A stretch of DNA of 64,000 nucleotides from a virus. Shown here piece after piece: positions 27,147-36,806 of this stretch. The stretch is taken from positions 2,465 to 66,464 of the IMG/VR virus record IMGVR_UViG_3300044858_001474; one strand, written 5' to 3'. A model generated the notes under the pieces. The model made no database searches, was not told where the DNA came from, and worked only from the letters and a program-made list of their open reading frames with translations. The first letter of the stretch is position 1. Every line of letters starts with the position of its first letter. Made by a program: the position numbers and the translations under genes.

Positions 27147-28223
27147 ATGAAAAAGCCATATAGCAGTATATCAATGCAAGAGTGCATTAAACTTATCTCA
27201 GCAGTAGGAGATAAGATATCTGTCCTTGTACAGGGTGAGATGGGTTGCGGTAAGTCATCTATATTAAAAGAGTTAGCATTACTTCACCCCAACCATGTGC
27301 CTTGTTATGTCGACATCACCACTAAGGATGTGGGAGACTTTCTTATTCCACAGATACGTACACTAGATGGCACACCAGTGTGTAGCTTTATCCCTAATGA
27401 GGAGTTCGGTCTGCACTTAGGTAAGCCCGTTATACTAATGTTCGATGAGTTAGGTAAGGGTAGCAATGCTGTAAAGAACGCATGTCTTACAGCGATTCAG
27501 GAGAGGAAGTTAGGTATCCATAAACTACCAGAAGGTTCAATCGTATTTGCCACAACTAATCTGTCAGTCGAGGGTGTAGGTGATAGCATACTACCCCACT
27601 CAAGAAACCGTATGTGTACCGTCAAGATGCGTAAACCTACTGCGGAGCAATGGCGATGGGACTTTGCCCAAAATGCGGGGATTGACCCTGTAGTTATAGC
27701 AACTGCTATAGAGTATCCAGCTATGCTGGCATCATTCGAGGACTATGAGCGCCCCGATATGAATGAGTACATCAATGACCCTCGTGTACCAAGAGCGGCG
27801 TTCGTTACGCCACGTTCATTAGAGAAAGCGTCATTCATACTACAGAGTTGCCGTGATATGCCAGAAGATGTATTAACCCATGCGTTGTTTGGGGTTATCG
27901 GTGAGAGGGCTACGATGGATATGATGAATGTCTTGAAGTTAAGCAACACCATGCCTAGCTGGGCTGAAATCATCAACAACCCGACTACTACTGTAGTCCC
28001 ACATAACGGTGCGTCCACCTGCTTGATAGTATCAAAGGCACTAAGTAACGTAGAAGATACTACCTTTGGTAGCTGGATGCAGTATATGGCACGACTGTCT
28101 AAAGAAGCACAGGCTCTGTTCGCTATGAGTGTTATGAGTTCTAAGAGTCCTAAGCGTAGCATAGCAGCTACTAATAGAGTCTTTACTGAATGGGCTGTGA
28201 ACAACGGCTACCTTTTTAATTAG
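27147..28223 (+). CDS. MoxR/dynein-related AAA+ ATPase
   Basis: Walker A GEMGCGKS, Walker B LMFDE, ATTN sensor, TPRS. Confidence 0.88.
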   Translation: MKKPYSSISMQECIKLISAVGDKISVLVQGEMGCGKSSILKELALLHPNHVPCYVDITTKDVGDFLIPQIRTLDGTPVCSFIPNEEFGLHLGKPVILMFDELGKGSNAVKNACLTAIQERKLGIHKLPEGSIVFATTNLSVEGVGDSILPHSRNRMCTVKMRKPTAEQWRWDFAQNAGIDPVVIATAIEYPAMLASFEDYERPDMNEYINDPRVPRAAFVTPRSLEKASFILQSCRDMPEDVLTHALFGVIGERATMDMMNVLKLSNTMPSWAEIINNPTTTVVPHNGASTCLIVSKALSNVEDTTFGSWMQYMARLSKEAQALFAMSVMSSKSPKRSIAATNRVFTEWAVNNGYLFN

Positions 28224-28232
28224 GAGAGTGAG

Positions 28233-29387
28233 ATGGTACTAAGTGCAGAGGATAGAATAACCAAAGCTCACATAGCTTTGATGCAAGACAAGCGTACCCT
28301 AGCATACTCAGGGTTGTTGATGGTAGGTAAGGTAGAGGTGAAAGATGACTGCCCTACAGCAAGTACCAATGGGCGTGATGTTACATATGGTAGGGCTTTC
28401 GTTGAGAGTCTTAAGGATAGTGAGTTACGGTTTCTTATACTACATGAGACCAAGCATAAGTTATATCAGCATCTATTTGTGTGGCGTAAGATTCATGAGG
28501 AAGATGCTATGTTAGCTAACATGGCGTGTGATTACGTTATTAACCTAGAGATACAAGACCTTAACAAGTGGGGCGACTTCCTTGTTATGCCAGAGGGAGG
28601 GTTAGTAGACGAGATGTATCGAGGGTTAGATAGCGGCGAGGTGTTCGCTAGGTTGAAGGAAGATAAGAAGAACGGTAAGGGCAACGGTGGTAAGCCTATG
28701 GACGAGCATGACTGGGACGGTGCTAAGAGTTTAGACGAGGCAGAGAAGGAGGCGTTAGCTAAGGAGATAGATAGTGCTGTACGTACTGGTGCACTGTTAG
28801 CAGGTAAGCAGGGGGGTGAGGTAGACCGTAGCTTTGATGCTGTGATGCAGTCTAAGGTTAATTGGGCTGAGCAGTTACGTGAGTTCGTATCGACAGTATG
28901 TGCAGGTAAGGGGGACAGCACATGGGCTAAGCCTAATAGACGCTGGTTACAGCATGACATCTACATGCCCAGTCAAATCAGTGAGAGCATTGGTAGTATC
29001 TGTGTAGGTATAGATACATCAGGCAGTATATCAGGCGAAGATATTGCAAAAGCATTGGCAGAGTTAGTTAGTATATGTGATAATACAACTCCCGAAAAAG
29101 TAGATTTACTTTACTGGGATACAGAGGTTGCCGCTCACGAGCAGTATCGTGAAGAGAATTACAGTGGGTTACTCACATCTACCAAGCCTAAAGGTGGAGG
29201 TGGCTCTAGTTCCCTGTGTGTATTTGACTATGTCGTTAAGAATAAGTTAGAGCCACAGTGCATTGTAATGATTACAGACGGATGGATTGAGTTTCCACAG
29301 ACAGCCCCACTGTACCCTACTATCTGGGTAATGGTAGATAACAAACACACTGTGCCCCCATTTGGCTCAGTAATACGGGTGGACTAA
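28233..29387 (+). CDS. Metallopeptidase-like + VWA domain protein (DUF2201-like)
   Basis: TASTNG, HETKH (HExxH), NMACDYVIN; MIDAS DTSGS, GGG, TDG. Confidence 0.88.
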   Translation: MVLSAEDRITKAHIALMQDKRTLAYSGLLMVGKVEVKDDCPTASTNGRDVTYGRAFVESLKDSELRFLILHETKHKLYQHLFVWRKIHEEDAMLANMACDYVINLEIQDLNKWGDFLVMPEGGLVDEMYRGLDSGEVFARLKEDKKNGKGNGGKPMDEHDWDGAKSLDEAEKEALAKEIDSAVRTGALLAGKQGGEVDRSFDAVMQSKVNWAEQLREFVSTVCAGKGDSTWAKPNRRWLQHDIYMPSQISESIGSICVGIDTSGSISGEDIAKALAELVSICDNTTPEKVDLLYWDTEVAAHEQYREENYSGLLTSTKPKGGGGSSSLCVFDYVVKNKLEPQCIVMITDGWIEFPQTAPLYPTIWVMVDNKHTVPPFGSVIRVD

Positions 29388-29602
29388 TGACAATACGAAT
29401 AGATTTAACTTCCAATAAAGCTACTCATTTAGATAACGTGGTTCTGAAGGAGGGAGATGTCATATCGTTTAGTGATGTTTCTGAGCTAGACCCCCCAGTG
29501 CCAGAGAGGGTGGCACTACTTAGGTTAAGTCCTCATGGGGAGCATGTAGAAGGTATTGGTATGCGGATAGACGAGCATACCTATGTAGTGAATGAGATGT
29601 AA
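29387..29602 (+). CDS. Hypothetical protein
   Basis: ORF track; coupled; ERVALLRL..VEGIGMR. Confidence 0.6.
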   Translation: MTIRIDLTSNKATHLDNVVLKEGDVISFSDVSELDPPVPERVALLRLSPHGEHVEGIGMRIDEHTYVVNEM

Positions 29603-29757
29603 AGGTTAAGCTCCTGCCTTTCAGGGGTTATTTAAAGAGGAAGTAAAAATGCAAGGTACTCATGAACAAGATAGTTTGGTATAGCTTGGGATTAGTTGTA
29701 ATCGTAGGGCAAGTATTAATTATATTGGTAGATATAGTAAAGGGTGTTCATTAAAAA

Positions 29758-30465
29758 ATGGGGTTACGTATTTACCGTAACCCCTATGAGCGCAAAACCA
29801 ACCCAACCAATAACAATAAAAGGAAACACATTATGCAAGACAAAGATACCACAGATATGCAATACCGCAAAGATTATTATCAGCTCAATAGAGAAAAGTA
29901 TAGGGCGAAAGCTTTGGAGTATTACCACAAGAATAAAGAGCGGCTTAACGAAAACAAACGCGCGTTAAAAATGGAGGAGGTACAAGCTCAAATGACTCTG
30001 AACCCGAAACCTGTTTCCTTTAAAGCTGTTGAGCCCGCCCCAATCAAACGCAAAAAAACGCCTAGACGTACCAAACCTACAAGTGTGTTTAATCCTGTAA
30101 CCCCCCTTAACGGAGAGAATGGTGCATATACCATGATAGATATAGCCAAGATGATAGGTATAACATACGAGAGGCTACGTTCTAGGGTGGCAAAGGATAA
30201 GCGGTATATGATGCCAGCCCATATGTACACTAGGCTAGACGGTAGTAAGTTATATAACAAAAAAGAGATAGATGACTGGCTACCTTATATCATAGACCTA
30301 TTAGCATTTGACCCGTCAGCACATAAGAAAGCCCGCATAACATTATCAGGAGATGCAGTACATATAGTTAATTTCATGCGTAAGAATAAAAAAGTAATAG
30401 CTCACTGTGATAAAGAACGAACTAGATTGAGGGGTTTATGGTTAGACAGCTTGACTTCGCGCTGA
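29758..30465 (+). CDS. Basic protein with probable HTH
   Basis: YTMIDIAKMIGITYERLRSRV; start uncertain. Confidence 0.55.
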   Translation: MGLRIYRNPYERKTNPTNNNKRKHIMQDKDTTDMQYRKDYYQLNREKYRAKALEYYHKNKERLNENKRALKMEEVQAQMTLNPKPVSFKAVEPAPIKRKKTPRRTKPTSVFNPVTPLNGENGAYTMIDIAKMIGITYERLRSRVAKDKRYMMPAHMYTRLDGSKLYNKKEIDDWLPYIIDLLAFDPSAHKKARITLSGDAVHIVNFMRKNKKVIAHCDKERTRLRGLWLDSLTSR

Positions 30466-30686
30466 TGTTAAAAGTGTTGTATAAGAGAGGACACACTCTA
30501 GCTGATATAGCTAGAAAGACTGATACAGCTATGGGTACACTGAGTTGTGTTAAACAAGAAACTAAAGCCCCACCAGCAGGATGGTTAGAAGGCATCGCGA
30601 TGCTAGATTACTGGCTTAAGGCGACAGGCGAATCCCCACCACGTATAGGGGACTATATAGATGTAGGAGAATTTACAGATGAATGA
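30438..30686 (+). CDS. Small HTH (Cro-like) protein
   Basis: [19 protein letters not shown]. Confidence 0.6.
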   Translation: MVRQLDFALMLKVLYKRGHTLADIARKTDTAMGTLSCVKQETKAPPAGWLEGIAMLDYWLKATGESPPRIGDYIDVGEFTDE

Positions 30687-31371
30687 GCATAAAGATTACC
30701 GAGTAACGGTACGAGTAAGGAATAACAATATACTTAAATTGATTGAGGCTAAAGGAGTATCTGTGGCTAAGGTAGCTGAAGATATAGGTATGTCTTATAC
30801 TACATTGTTGGGATACATCCAACTACGTGATTCTCCAATAGACGCAAAAGGCACTCTAAAACTGTCAGCACAAAAAATATGTGCCTACTTTGGTGTGCTG
30901 GTTGAAGAAGTATGGTCGCTAGAACAGCTTACCCCTATAGAGTCTAATACACGAGAGCTTGAGTTCTCCTACCATGAGCTAACACGGCTTGAGAATATCT
31001 CTGACCCTATACTAAATCTTGAGAACGACCAATTAAAAGAGGTTATAGACTTTACCTTAGACACAAAACTAACCCCTAGAGAATCTAATATATTAAAGTT
31101 AAGGTTTGGATTTGAAGGAGACCCTCTATCATTAGAGCAGGTAGGAGACGTATTAGGAGTAACAAGAGAACGTGCAAGACAGATAGAAGCTAAGGCTCTT
31201 AGGAAGCTAAGACACCCTTCTAGACTTAATAGAGTCCGTGTTTGTTTGGGGGAGCGCGAAGTTGGTCCACAACGTTGGGACGACCCTAAAAAACTAGCAG
31301 AAGAAAAATTAGCAGATGACTTAGCGTTTTTAGAATACAGAAGTAGTAAGGAGCTCGTAGATGAGGACTAA
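30679..31371 (+). CDS. XRE-type HTH fused to a sigma70 (RpoD) region 4 domain
   Basis: N-terminal [16 protein letters not shown]; C-terminal [45 protein letters not shown]. Confidence 0.85.
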   Translation: MNEHKDYRVTVRVRNNNILKLIEAKGVSVAKVAEDIGMSYTTLLGYIQLRDSPIDAKGTLKLSAQKICAYFGVLVEEVWSLEQLTPIESNTRELEFSYHELTRLENISDPILNLENDQLKEVIDFTLDTKLTPRESNILKLRFGFEGDPLSLEQVGDVLGVTRERARQIEAKALRKLRHPSRLNRVRVCLGEREVGPQRWDDPKKLAEEKLADDLAFLEYRSSKELVDED

Positions 31372-31684
31372 AGAAGGTGAGGTTAAAGATAAAGTTAAGA
31401 AGGCACTAACTGATGCAGGTGTATGGCATTTCTTTCCAGCGGCTAATGGGTATGGTAGGTCAGCTATACCAGATATAATATGTTGTGTGCAGGGTAAGTT
31501 CTTAGCTATTGAGTGTAAGGCAAACGACTTAAAGCCTACGGCAATCCAACAACGTGAGCTAGATAGAATCACTCAAAGTGGTGGGGCTGGCATCTGCATA
31601 AACGCTACGAACGTAGATAAATTAGTTGAGCACTTGAGGAGAATGTCAAATGGTGAGGAAGATGTATGCGAAAGGTACAAGTAA
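31361..31684 (+). CDS. VRR-NUC family nuclease
   Basis: [22 protein letters not shown]. Confidence 0.85.
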   Translation: MRTKEGEVKDKVKKALTDAGVWHFFPAANGYGRSAIPDIICCVQGKFLAIECKANDLKPTAIQQRELDRITQSGGAGICINATNVDKLVEHLRRMSNGEEDVCERYK

Positions 31685-31821
31685 GTTAGAAGGGCTGTGC
31701 TTTTGGTTGTTAGTAGGGGTGGTGTTCGTAGTAAGCAGTATCTTTATAGCCGTGTTTGTACCCTTAGCATTATTCGGAGAGCTATTTAACCTTTGGGGAG
31801 ATAAAAAATGAGGGCTAAAGA

Positions 31822-32121
31822 ATGAAAGCGGTTGTAAAAACTGATAATAAATATAAGAAGTTTTTATACTGGGAAGACCTAACAGAGAAAGAAAAGGAGG
31901 ACTTTACCTACGATGAAGGAGAAACATTCATAAGGCTCTTTGATTATGTTTACTTAGTTCCTTATGATTTTATATCTGCCGAAGGGTGGAGTTTAGCTAG
32001 AAAGCATAAATGGGATTTGATTGAGCAAATAGACTACCCTATGAATGACATAGACTACGTAGTAATTCTCAAATATAACTATCATAAAACTGCCGTTAAA
32101 GTAGGAGTGTACTGGGTATGA
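31822..32121 (+). CDS. Hypothetical protein (paralog of 25379..25690)
   Basis: KTDNKYKKFLYWEDL..AVKVG. Confidence 0.65.
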   Translation: MKAVVKTDNKYKKFLYWEDLTEKEKEDFTYDEGETFIRLFDYVYLVPYDFISAEGWSLARKHKWDLIEQIDYPMNDIDYVVILKYNYHKTAVKVGVYWV

Positions 32122-32315
32122 AACTACAACAAATGCAGTATCCACTAGCAACAACCAGTGCTAGATGTATGGGTACTAACTGCAACCAGAAGAACCTATG
32201 TCAGAGATACCTGACCATTGAGATAGACACACAGAACTACGTGTGGCATATGGACGTAAAGAAAGAAATAGATGATGACGAGATATGTGACTTTTTTATT
32301 GAGTGGGGTGTGTGA
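32118..32315 (+). CDS. Small Cys-rich protein
   Basis: RC.G..C.....C.RY...C..F. Confidence 0.6.
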   Translation: MKLQQMQYPLATTSARCMGTNCNQKNLCQRYLTIEIDTQNYVWHMDVKKEIDDDEICDFFIEWGV

Positions 32316-32524
32316 TGAACAGAGAAGTAGTGGTGAACCTATTTAAAAAAGTAGCAAGGATACTAGAAGACGACAAGGAATACGAATGGTTAGCTGATGA
32401 GGTCAAAGATTACTTAAATGAAATACATGTTAATGAAGAAGCAGAACTTGAACAAGCATTAAAAGATACTATTGACGATGAAAGAATAAGGCAAATAATG
32501 ATAAATTGCATCGCATATAATTAA
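32315..32524 (+). CDS. Hypothetical protein
   Basis: MNREVV start coupled to the upstream stop. Confidence 0.55.
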   Translation: MNREVVVNLFKKVARILEDDKEYEWLADEVKDYLNEIHVNEEAELEQALKDTIDDERIRQIMINCIAYN

Positions 32525-32538
32525 AGTGGAGAAGAAAG

Positions 32539-32886
32539 GTGAATAAAGAAAGAGAATTGCTTAAAAGAATAGCGAACTATGGGGATACTATATCTCCACA
32601 TTTTATTTACGAGATAAATGAACTACTCGCCCAACCTGAGCAAGAGCCTGTGGCTTGGATGCAAGATAGTATTGAGTTATATGTACTAGAAGAAAAATCC
32701 GCAATAAGAGGTTATGTAATACCCCTATACACAGCACCACCAACCCGTGAGCCTTTAAGTGATGGTGAGATACGTGATGGTTTAGATGGTAAAAATGGTT
32801 TTGAAAATTGGTATGATGATAGGTTTGTGGATGGGGTTCGGTTTGCAGAAAAAGCACACGGCATAACTGGAGTAGATGATGAGTAA
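32539..32886 (+). CDS. QPEQEPVA-family phage protein (paralog 1)
   Basis: [35 protein letters not shown]. Confidence 0.7.
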   Translation: MNKERELLKRIANYGDTISPHFIYEINELLAQPEQEPVAWMQDSIELYVLEEKSAIRGYVIPLYTAPPTREPLSDGEIRDGLDGKNGFENWYDDRFVDGVRFAEKAHGITGVDDE

Positions 32887-33283
32887 GGAAAGAGATTTGT
32901 TATTAGTAGCATTAGACTTTTTAGACCCAAGAAGATGGTCAGACCCATCTGACCAACATGTTTTAAATATTATTTCTAGGGATATTGAATTGTTACTCGC
33001 CCAACCTGAGCAAGAACCTGCGGCTTGGATAATTGAAACAGAAATTCATGGAAAACTTAGTGAATGGGTATGCACTGATAAAAAACATTACATGGAAGAG
33101 CATGATTCTATTAAAGAACCAATACCTCTCTACACAGCGCCACAAAAACGTAAACATTTAACTGACATAGAAATATCAAAAGGGTTTAAAGCTGATGATG
33201 AAGCCACACACCTTTACAGTTATTGGGCAGGTGTTGAATTTGCTGAGAAGCATCACGGCATTGGAGGTGGATGCGATGAGTAG
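32876..33283 (+). CDS. QPEQEPVA-family phage protein (paralog 2)
   Basis: Same motifs as paralog 1. Confidence 0.7.
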   Translation: MMSKERDLLLVALDFLDPRRWSDPSDQHVLNIISRDIELLLAQPEQEPAAWIIETEIHGKLSEWVCTDKKHYMEEHDSIKEPIPLYTAPQKRKHLTDIEISKGFKADDEATHLYSYWAGVEFAEKHHGIGGGCDE

Positions 33284-33292
33284 GGAAAGCAT

Positions 33293-33592
33293 ATGAATAT
33301 CTATGAAGCTAGATGGAACAATGTTTTGAGCTGGGCAAAGAAAGTCAAGGAATATTACGATACTGGCAAGTATATGATTAAGTGGGATGATGATTTTTAT
33401 CCAAATGAGTATGACTTTGTTATTGATGAAGAAAACAGATTAATTTCCATCGATTCGAAAGATGGAACAACTGGAAATCAGATATACGAATATGATTTAA
33501 ATTGGGATCACGGCTCTTATACATCTATCACTGAAACCAATAAAATATTATCAGAAATTAATTTATATAGGATGGAAAAGGTGAAGATATGA
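33293..33592 (+). CDS. Hypothetical protein
   Basis: ORF track; AT-rich. Confidence 0.55.
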   Translation: MNIYEARWNNVLSWAKKVKEYYDTGKYMIKWDDDFYPNEYDFVIDEENRLISIDSKDGTTGNQIYEYDLNWDHGSYTSITETNKILSEINLYRMEKVKI

Positions 33593-33631
33593 CCGAACAA
33601 GGAGCGTTAAAAGCAAAACAGATGAGGCTAT

Positions 33632-33856
33632 ATGATATTTGAAGAAGAACCAACGCTAAAAGAATTTTCCGATAAATTTAATGAGTATGTAAATGACCTC
33701 ATGACGACTGACGGAAATGTAGCAAGTCATACCTTTCCTGCCGCAATCTATTTTGAAGTGGAGGGTTCAGATCATCAATATTCTATATCAGAATGGTGCG
33801 GATCAGTTTACAGAAATCCCACAAAGATACCTACAAAACATCAAGGAGGTTATTAA
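33632..33856 (+). CDS. Hypothetical protein
   Basis: ORF track; GAGG RBS. Confidence 0.45.
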   Translation: MIFEEEPTLKEFSDKFNEYVNDLMTTDGNVASHTFPAAIYFEVEGSDHQYSISEWCGSVYRNPTKIPTKHQGGY

Positions 33857-34167
33857 TGAGTAAAGAAAGAGAGTTGTTGAGAGAAATAATGTGCTATATA
33901 GCATCGGGCGTAGTGTCTATTACAAGTAATGATCTTGGTGATGCCGCAGAAACGTTGCACGAAATACAAGAACTCCTCGCCCAGCCTGAGCAAGAGAACT
34001 TTGGGGTCTTTAAAGCCTTTTTAGAGCAGCTTGAATTTGATATACAACAAGACAATATAAAACGCCTAGTGCTATGTATGAGGCAAGATAATAAAAGTGT
34101 TTTAGCACAAGCGGTTTTAGATTATATGAAAGAGATCAATGCACCTATTGATATGGAGAAAGAGTAA
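33856..34167 (+). CDS. QPEQE-family protein (paralog 3, different C-terminus)
   Basis: [16 protein letters not shown]; GGAGG RBS. Confidence 0.65.
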   Translation: MSKERELLREIMCYIASGVVSITSNDLGDAAETLHEIQELLAQPEQENFGVFKAFLEQLEFDIQQDNIKRLVLCMRQDNKSVLAQAVLDYMKEINAPIDMEKE

Positions 34168-34565
34168 TGAATACAAGAGATAAGATAGCTATAGCGGCTA
34201 TGAATGGGTTAATGACTAAGAAGACTTGGAACTTGCAAGAGTTTGCACAAGACCCTATGAGGATAGCAATGTGGTCATACGATATAGCTGATGCAATGAT
34301 AATAGAGAAAAAAAGAAGAGAGCTGGCGGAGAGGAACAAACTAGAGGAGGCACCTAACCCACACCTTAAAGTTTTGATAAGAGACCTTGACCTTACCACA
34401 CGTGCCCAAAACTGTTTAAAAGCAGAGGAGATAGTATCTATTGAAGACTTAGCTCAACGGACTGAAGTTGAGCTATTAAAAACACCTAACTTAGGTAAAC
34501 ATACTCTACGTGAGATAAAAGATATGCTTACTCTTAGGGGTTTAAATTTACAAGAGAGACACTAA
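34167..34565 (+). CDS. Phage protein with an RNA polymerase alpha-subunit C-terminal domain
   Basis: [40 protein letters not shown] closely matches RpoA CTD. Confidence 0.9.
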   Translation: MNTRDKIAIAAMNGLMTKKTWNLQEFAQDPMRIAMWSYDIADAMIIEKKRRELAERNKLEEAPNPHLKVLIRDLDLTTRAQNCLKAEEIVSIEDLAQRTEVELLKTPNLGKHTLREIKDMLTLRGLNLQERH

Positions 34566-36400
34566 TGCAACTAATGACAATAGACTTCGAATCTTTCTAC
34601 AGCAAAACATACAGCCTATCAAAGCTGACCACAGAAGAATATATAAATGGGGAGGAGTTTGAAGTTATTGGAGTGGGTATTAAGCTAGGAGATGCAGAGA
34701 CTACGTGGCATACAGGAGATCGAGTAGAGATAAGTAAAGTGCTTGGTCAATATAATTGGAGCGAGATTACTTTAGTAGCACACAACTGTTTCTTTGATGC
34801 GTCTATCCTTAGCCTTTACTTTGGTATCTTTCCAGCTAGGTATATGGACACTCTATCTATGGCACGTGCTATACATGGTATATCGGTAGGAGGTAGCTTA
34901 GCTAAGCTGGCAGAGCATTATGAGCTGGGAGTTAAGGGCACTGAGGTTGTTGATGCATTAGGTAAACACAGAAGAAACTTTACTGCGGGAGAACTAGCTA
35001 GGTACGGTGAGTATTGTATTAATGATGTTGAACTGACTTATGCACTGCTACAAAAACTACTAAGCCATTACGGGAATACACTTGAGCTACGTCTGATAGA
35101 TATAACAGTTCGTATGGGGGTTGTTCCTAGATTACAGGTAGACATGGGGATACTTGAGAGCCACTTATATGAGGTGAAGAAAGCAAAAGAGGACTTATTA
35201 GATAAGATAACAGTCGATAAGTCTGAGATTATGTCCAACCCTAAGTTTGCTAAGTTACTAGAAGATTGCGGCGTTGAACCACCTATGAAGATATCGCCTA
35301 CTACAGGTAAGATGACGTATGCATTTGCCAAGACTGATGATGGCTTAAAGGAATTACTTGAACATCCTAATCTTATGGTACAGGCGTTAGTTGCGGTTAG
35401 GCTAGGGGTTAAGTCTACTATTGAGGAGACACGTACTGAACGCTTTATAGGTATAGCAAACCGCATGGGGAGAATACCTATCCCACTTAATTATTATGGA
35501 GCGGCTACAGGTAGGTGGTCTGCAGGTAGTGGGCAGAAAGTAAACTTCCAAAATATTCCTAGAGGGTCTAAACTTAAAGAAGCAATCATCGCACCACAAG
35601 GATACGTTATAGTAGGAGCTGACTTATCAAACATCGAGCTACGTGTAGGTATGTGGGTAGCAGGTGAGACAGAGGCTTTGAGGACACTAGGCGAAGGTGG
35701 GGATTTATATAAGGAGTTTGCTAGTATGGCATTTGGTGTGCCTTATGATGAGGTAACTAAAGACCAAAGGTTTATTGGTAAGACATCGCAACTAGGACTA
35801 ATTTTTGGGGTCGGTGCGGCAAAGCTAAGAGGTGCTGTGAAGGCAGGGTCAGGTAAAGACTTAGGGGAGGCAGAGGCTAAGCGGATTGTTGACTTGTATC
35901 GTGCAACTTACACAGGGGTTACTGGTCTATGGAGAACGTGTAATGATGCTATTAAGTGTATAGCAGATGATGTACTAGGGTTTACATTTGGTACTAAAGG
36001 TATATTTATAGTTGATGGAAAGAAAGGAATAAGACTTCCTTCTGGTATGTACATGCAGTACCCGCAACTAGCTAATGGAGTAGATGAAAAGACAGGCGAG
36101 CAAGGATATAAATATAAACTTCGTAATGGTTATGATAGACTATACGGCGGTAAATTAACAAACAATCTAGTGCAGGGCACAGCCCGATGCATTATGTCAG
36201 AAGCAATGGTTAGGGTAAGTAAGCGGTATGACATCGTGCTTACTATTCACGATGCTTTATATATCCTAGCTCCTGAAGCAGAGGCAGAAGAAGCACTAAA
36301 GTTTTTAATGGAAGAGATGACCAAACCTCCTATATGGATGCCTGATATACCACTAGCGGCTGAGGGTGGATATGGTAGAAGTTTAAAAGATGCAGGATAA
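34565..36400 (+). CDS. polA: Family A DNA polymerase with 3'-5' exonuclease
   Basis: ExoI DFES, AHN..FD, YC.ND; ATGRWS, NFQNIP, DLSNIELR, R..GK...LG..FG, IHD. Confidence 0.95.
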   Translation: MQLMTIDFESFYSKTYSLSKLTTEEYINGEEFEVIGVGIKLGDAETTWHTGDRVEISKVLGQYNWSEITLVAHNCFFDASILSLYFGIFPARYMDTLSMARAIHGISVGGSLAKLAEHYELGVKGTEVVDALGKHRRNFTAGELARYGEYCINDVELTYALLQKLLSHYGNTLELRLIDITVRMGVVPRLQVDMGILESHLYEVKKAKEDLLDKITVDKSEIMSNPKFAKLLEDCGVEPPMKISPTTGKMTYAFAKTDDGLKELLEHPNLMVQALVAVRLGVKSTIEETRTERFIGIANRMGRIPIPLNYYGAATGRWSAGSGQKVNFQNIPRGSKLKEAIIAPQGYVIVGADLSNIELRVGMWVAGETEALRTLGEGGDLYKEFASMAFGVPYDEVTKDQRFIGKTSQLGLIFGVGAAKLRGAVKAGSGKDLGEAEAKRIVDLYRATYTGVTGLWRTCNDAIKCIADDVLGFTFGTKGIFIVDGKKGIRLPSGMYMQYPQLANGVDEKTGEQGYKYKLRNGYDRLYGGKLTNNLVQGTARCIMSEAMVRVSKRYDIVLTIHDALYILAPEAEAEEALKFLMEEMTKPPIWMPDIPLAAEGGYGRSLKDAG

Positions 36401-36468
36401 TATGGCTAACAAAACAAGTAATAAGAACCGTAAGAAAAAACCAAACCCTTTTAGAGCGAGAGAGAACT

Positions 36469-36672
36469 ATGGCTGACATTGCAGATAAAGCCAACGAGCA
36501 AGCCCAGTTAATACTGGAGAAACAAATAGCACTACAACGTGGCAAACCACTGGATATATACCAGAACGAGTCTAATAGATGTTGGTTCTGTGATGGTGAT
36601 GTAGTTGATGGTAGACGGTGGTGTGATGAGCAGTGCCGTGATGACTATGAACGTGAGGTAGGGAATGAGTGA
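36469..36672 (+). CDS. TraR/DksA-like C4 zinc-finger protein
   Basis: N-terminal D-x-x-D-x-A (MADIADKA); CWFC...WCDEQC. Confidence 0.65.
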   Translation: MADIADKANEQAQLILEKQIALQRGKPLDIYQNESNRCWFCDGDVVDGRRWCDEQCRDDYEREVGNE

Positions 36673-36806
36673 AGCAATAAGTACATTAGAAGAATTGGAA
36701 ATTCAAATACGTAGTGAAACAATAATAGCTATGTATTTAATGGATCAACTCAATTTAAAGAAGAAGCTTATACATGAGTTATACGAAAAAGAAAGAGCTT
36801 TGAAAA

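Noticed and set aside
29608-29630. Hairpin GCTCCTG-CCTTT-CAGGGGT as a fifth CUYAA element
   Set aside because: Loop and flanks differ and no clear promoter lies at the expected distance
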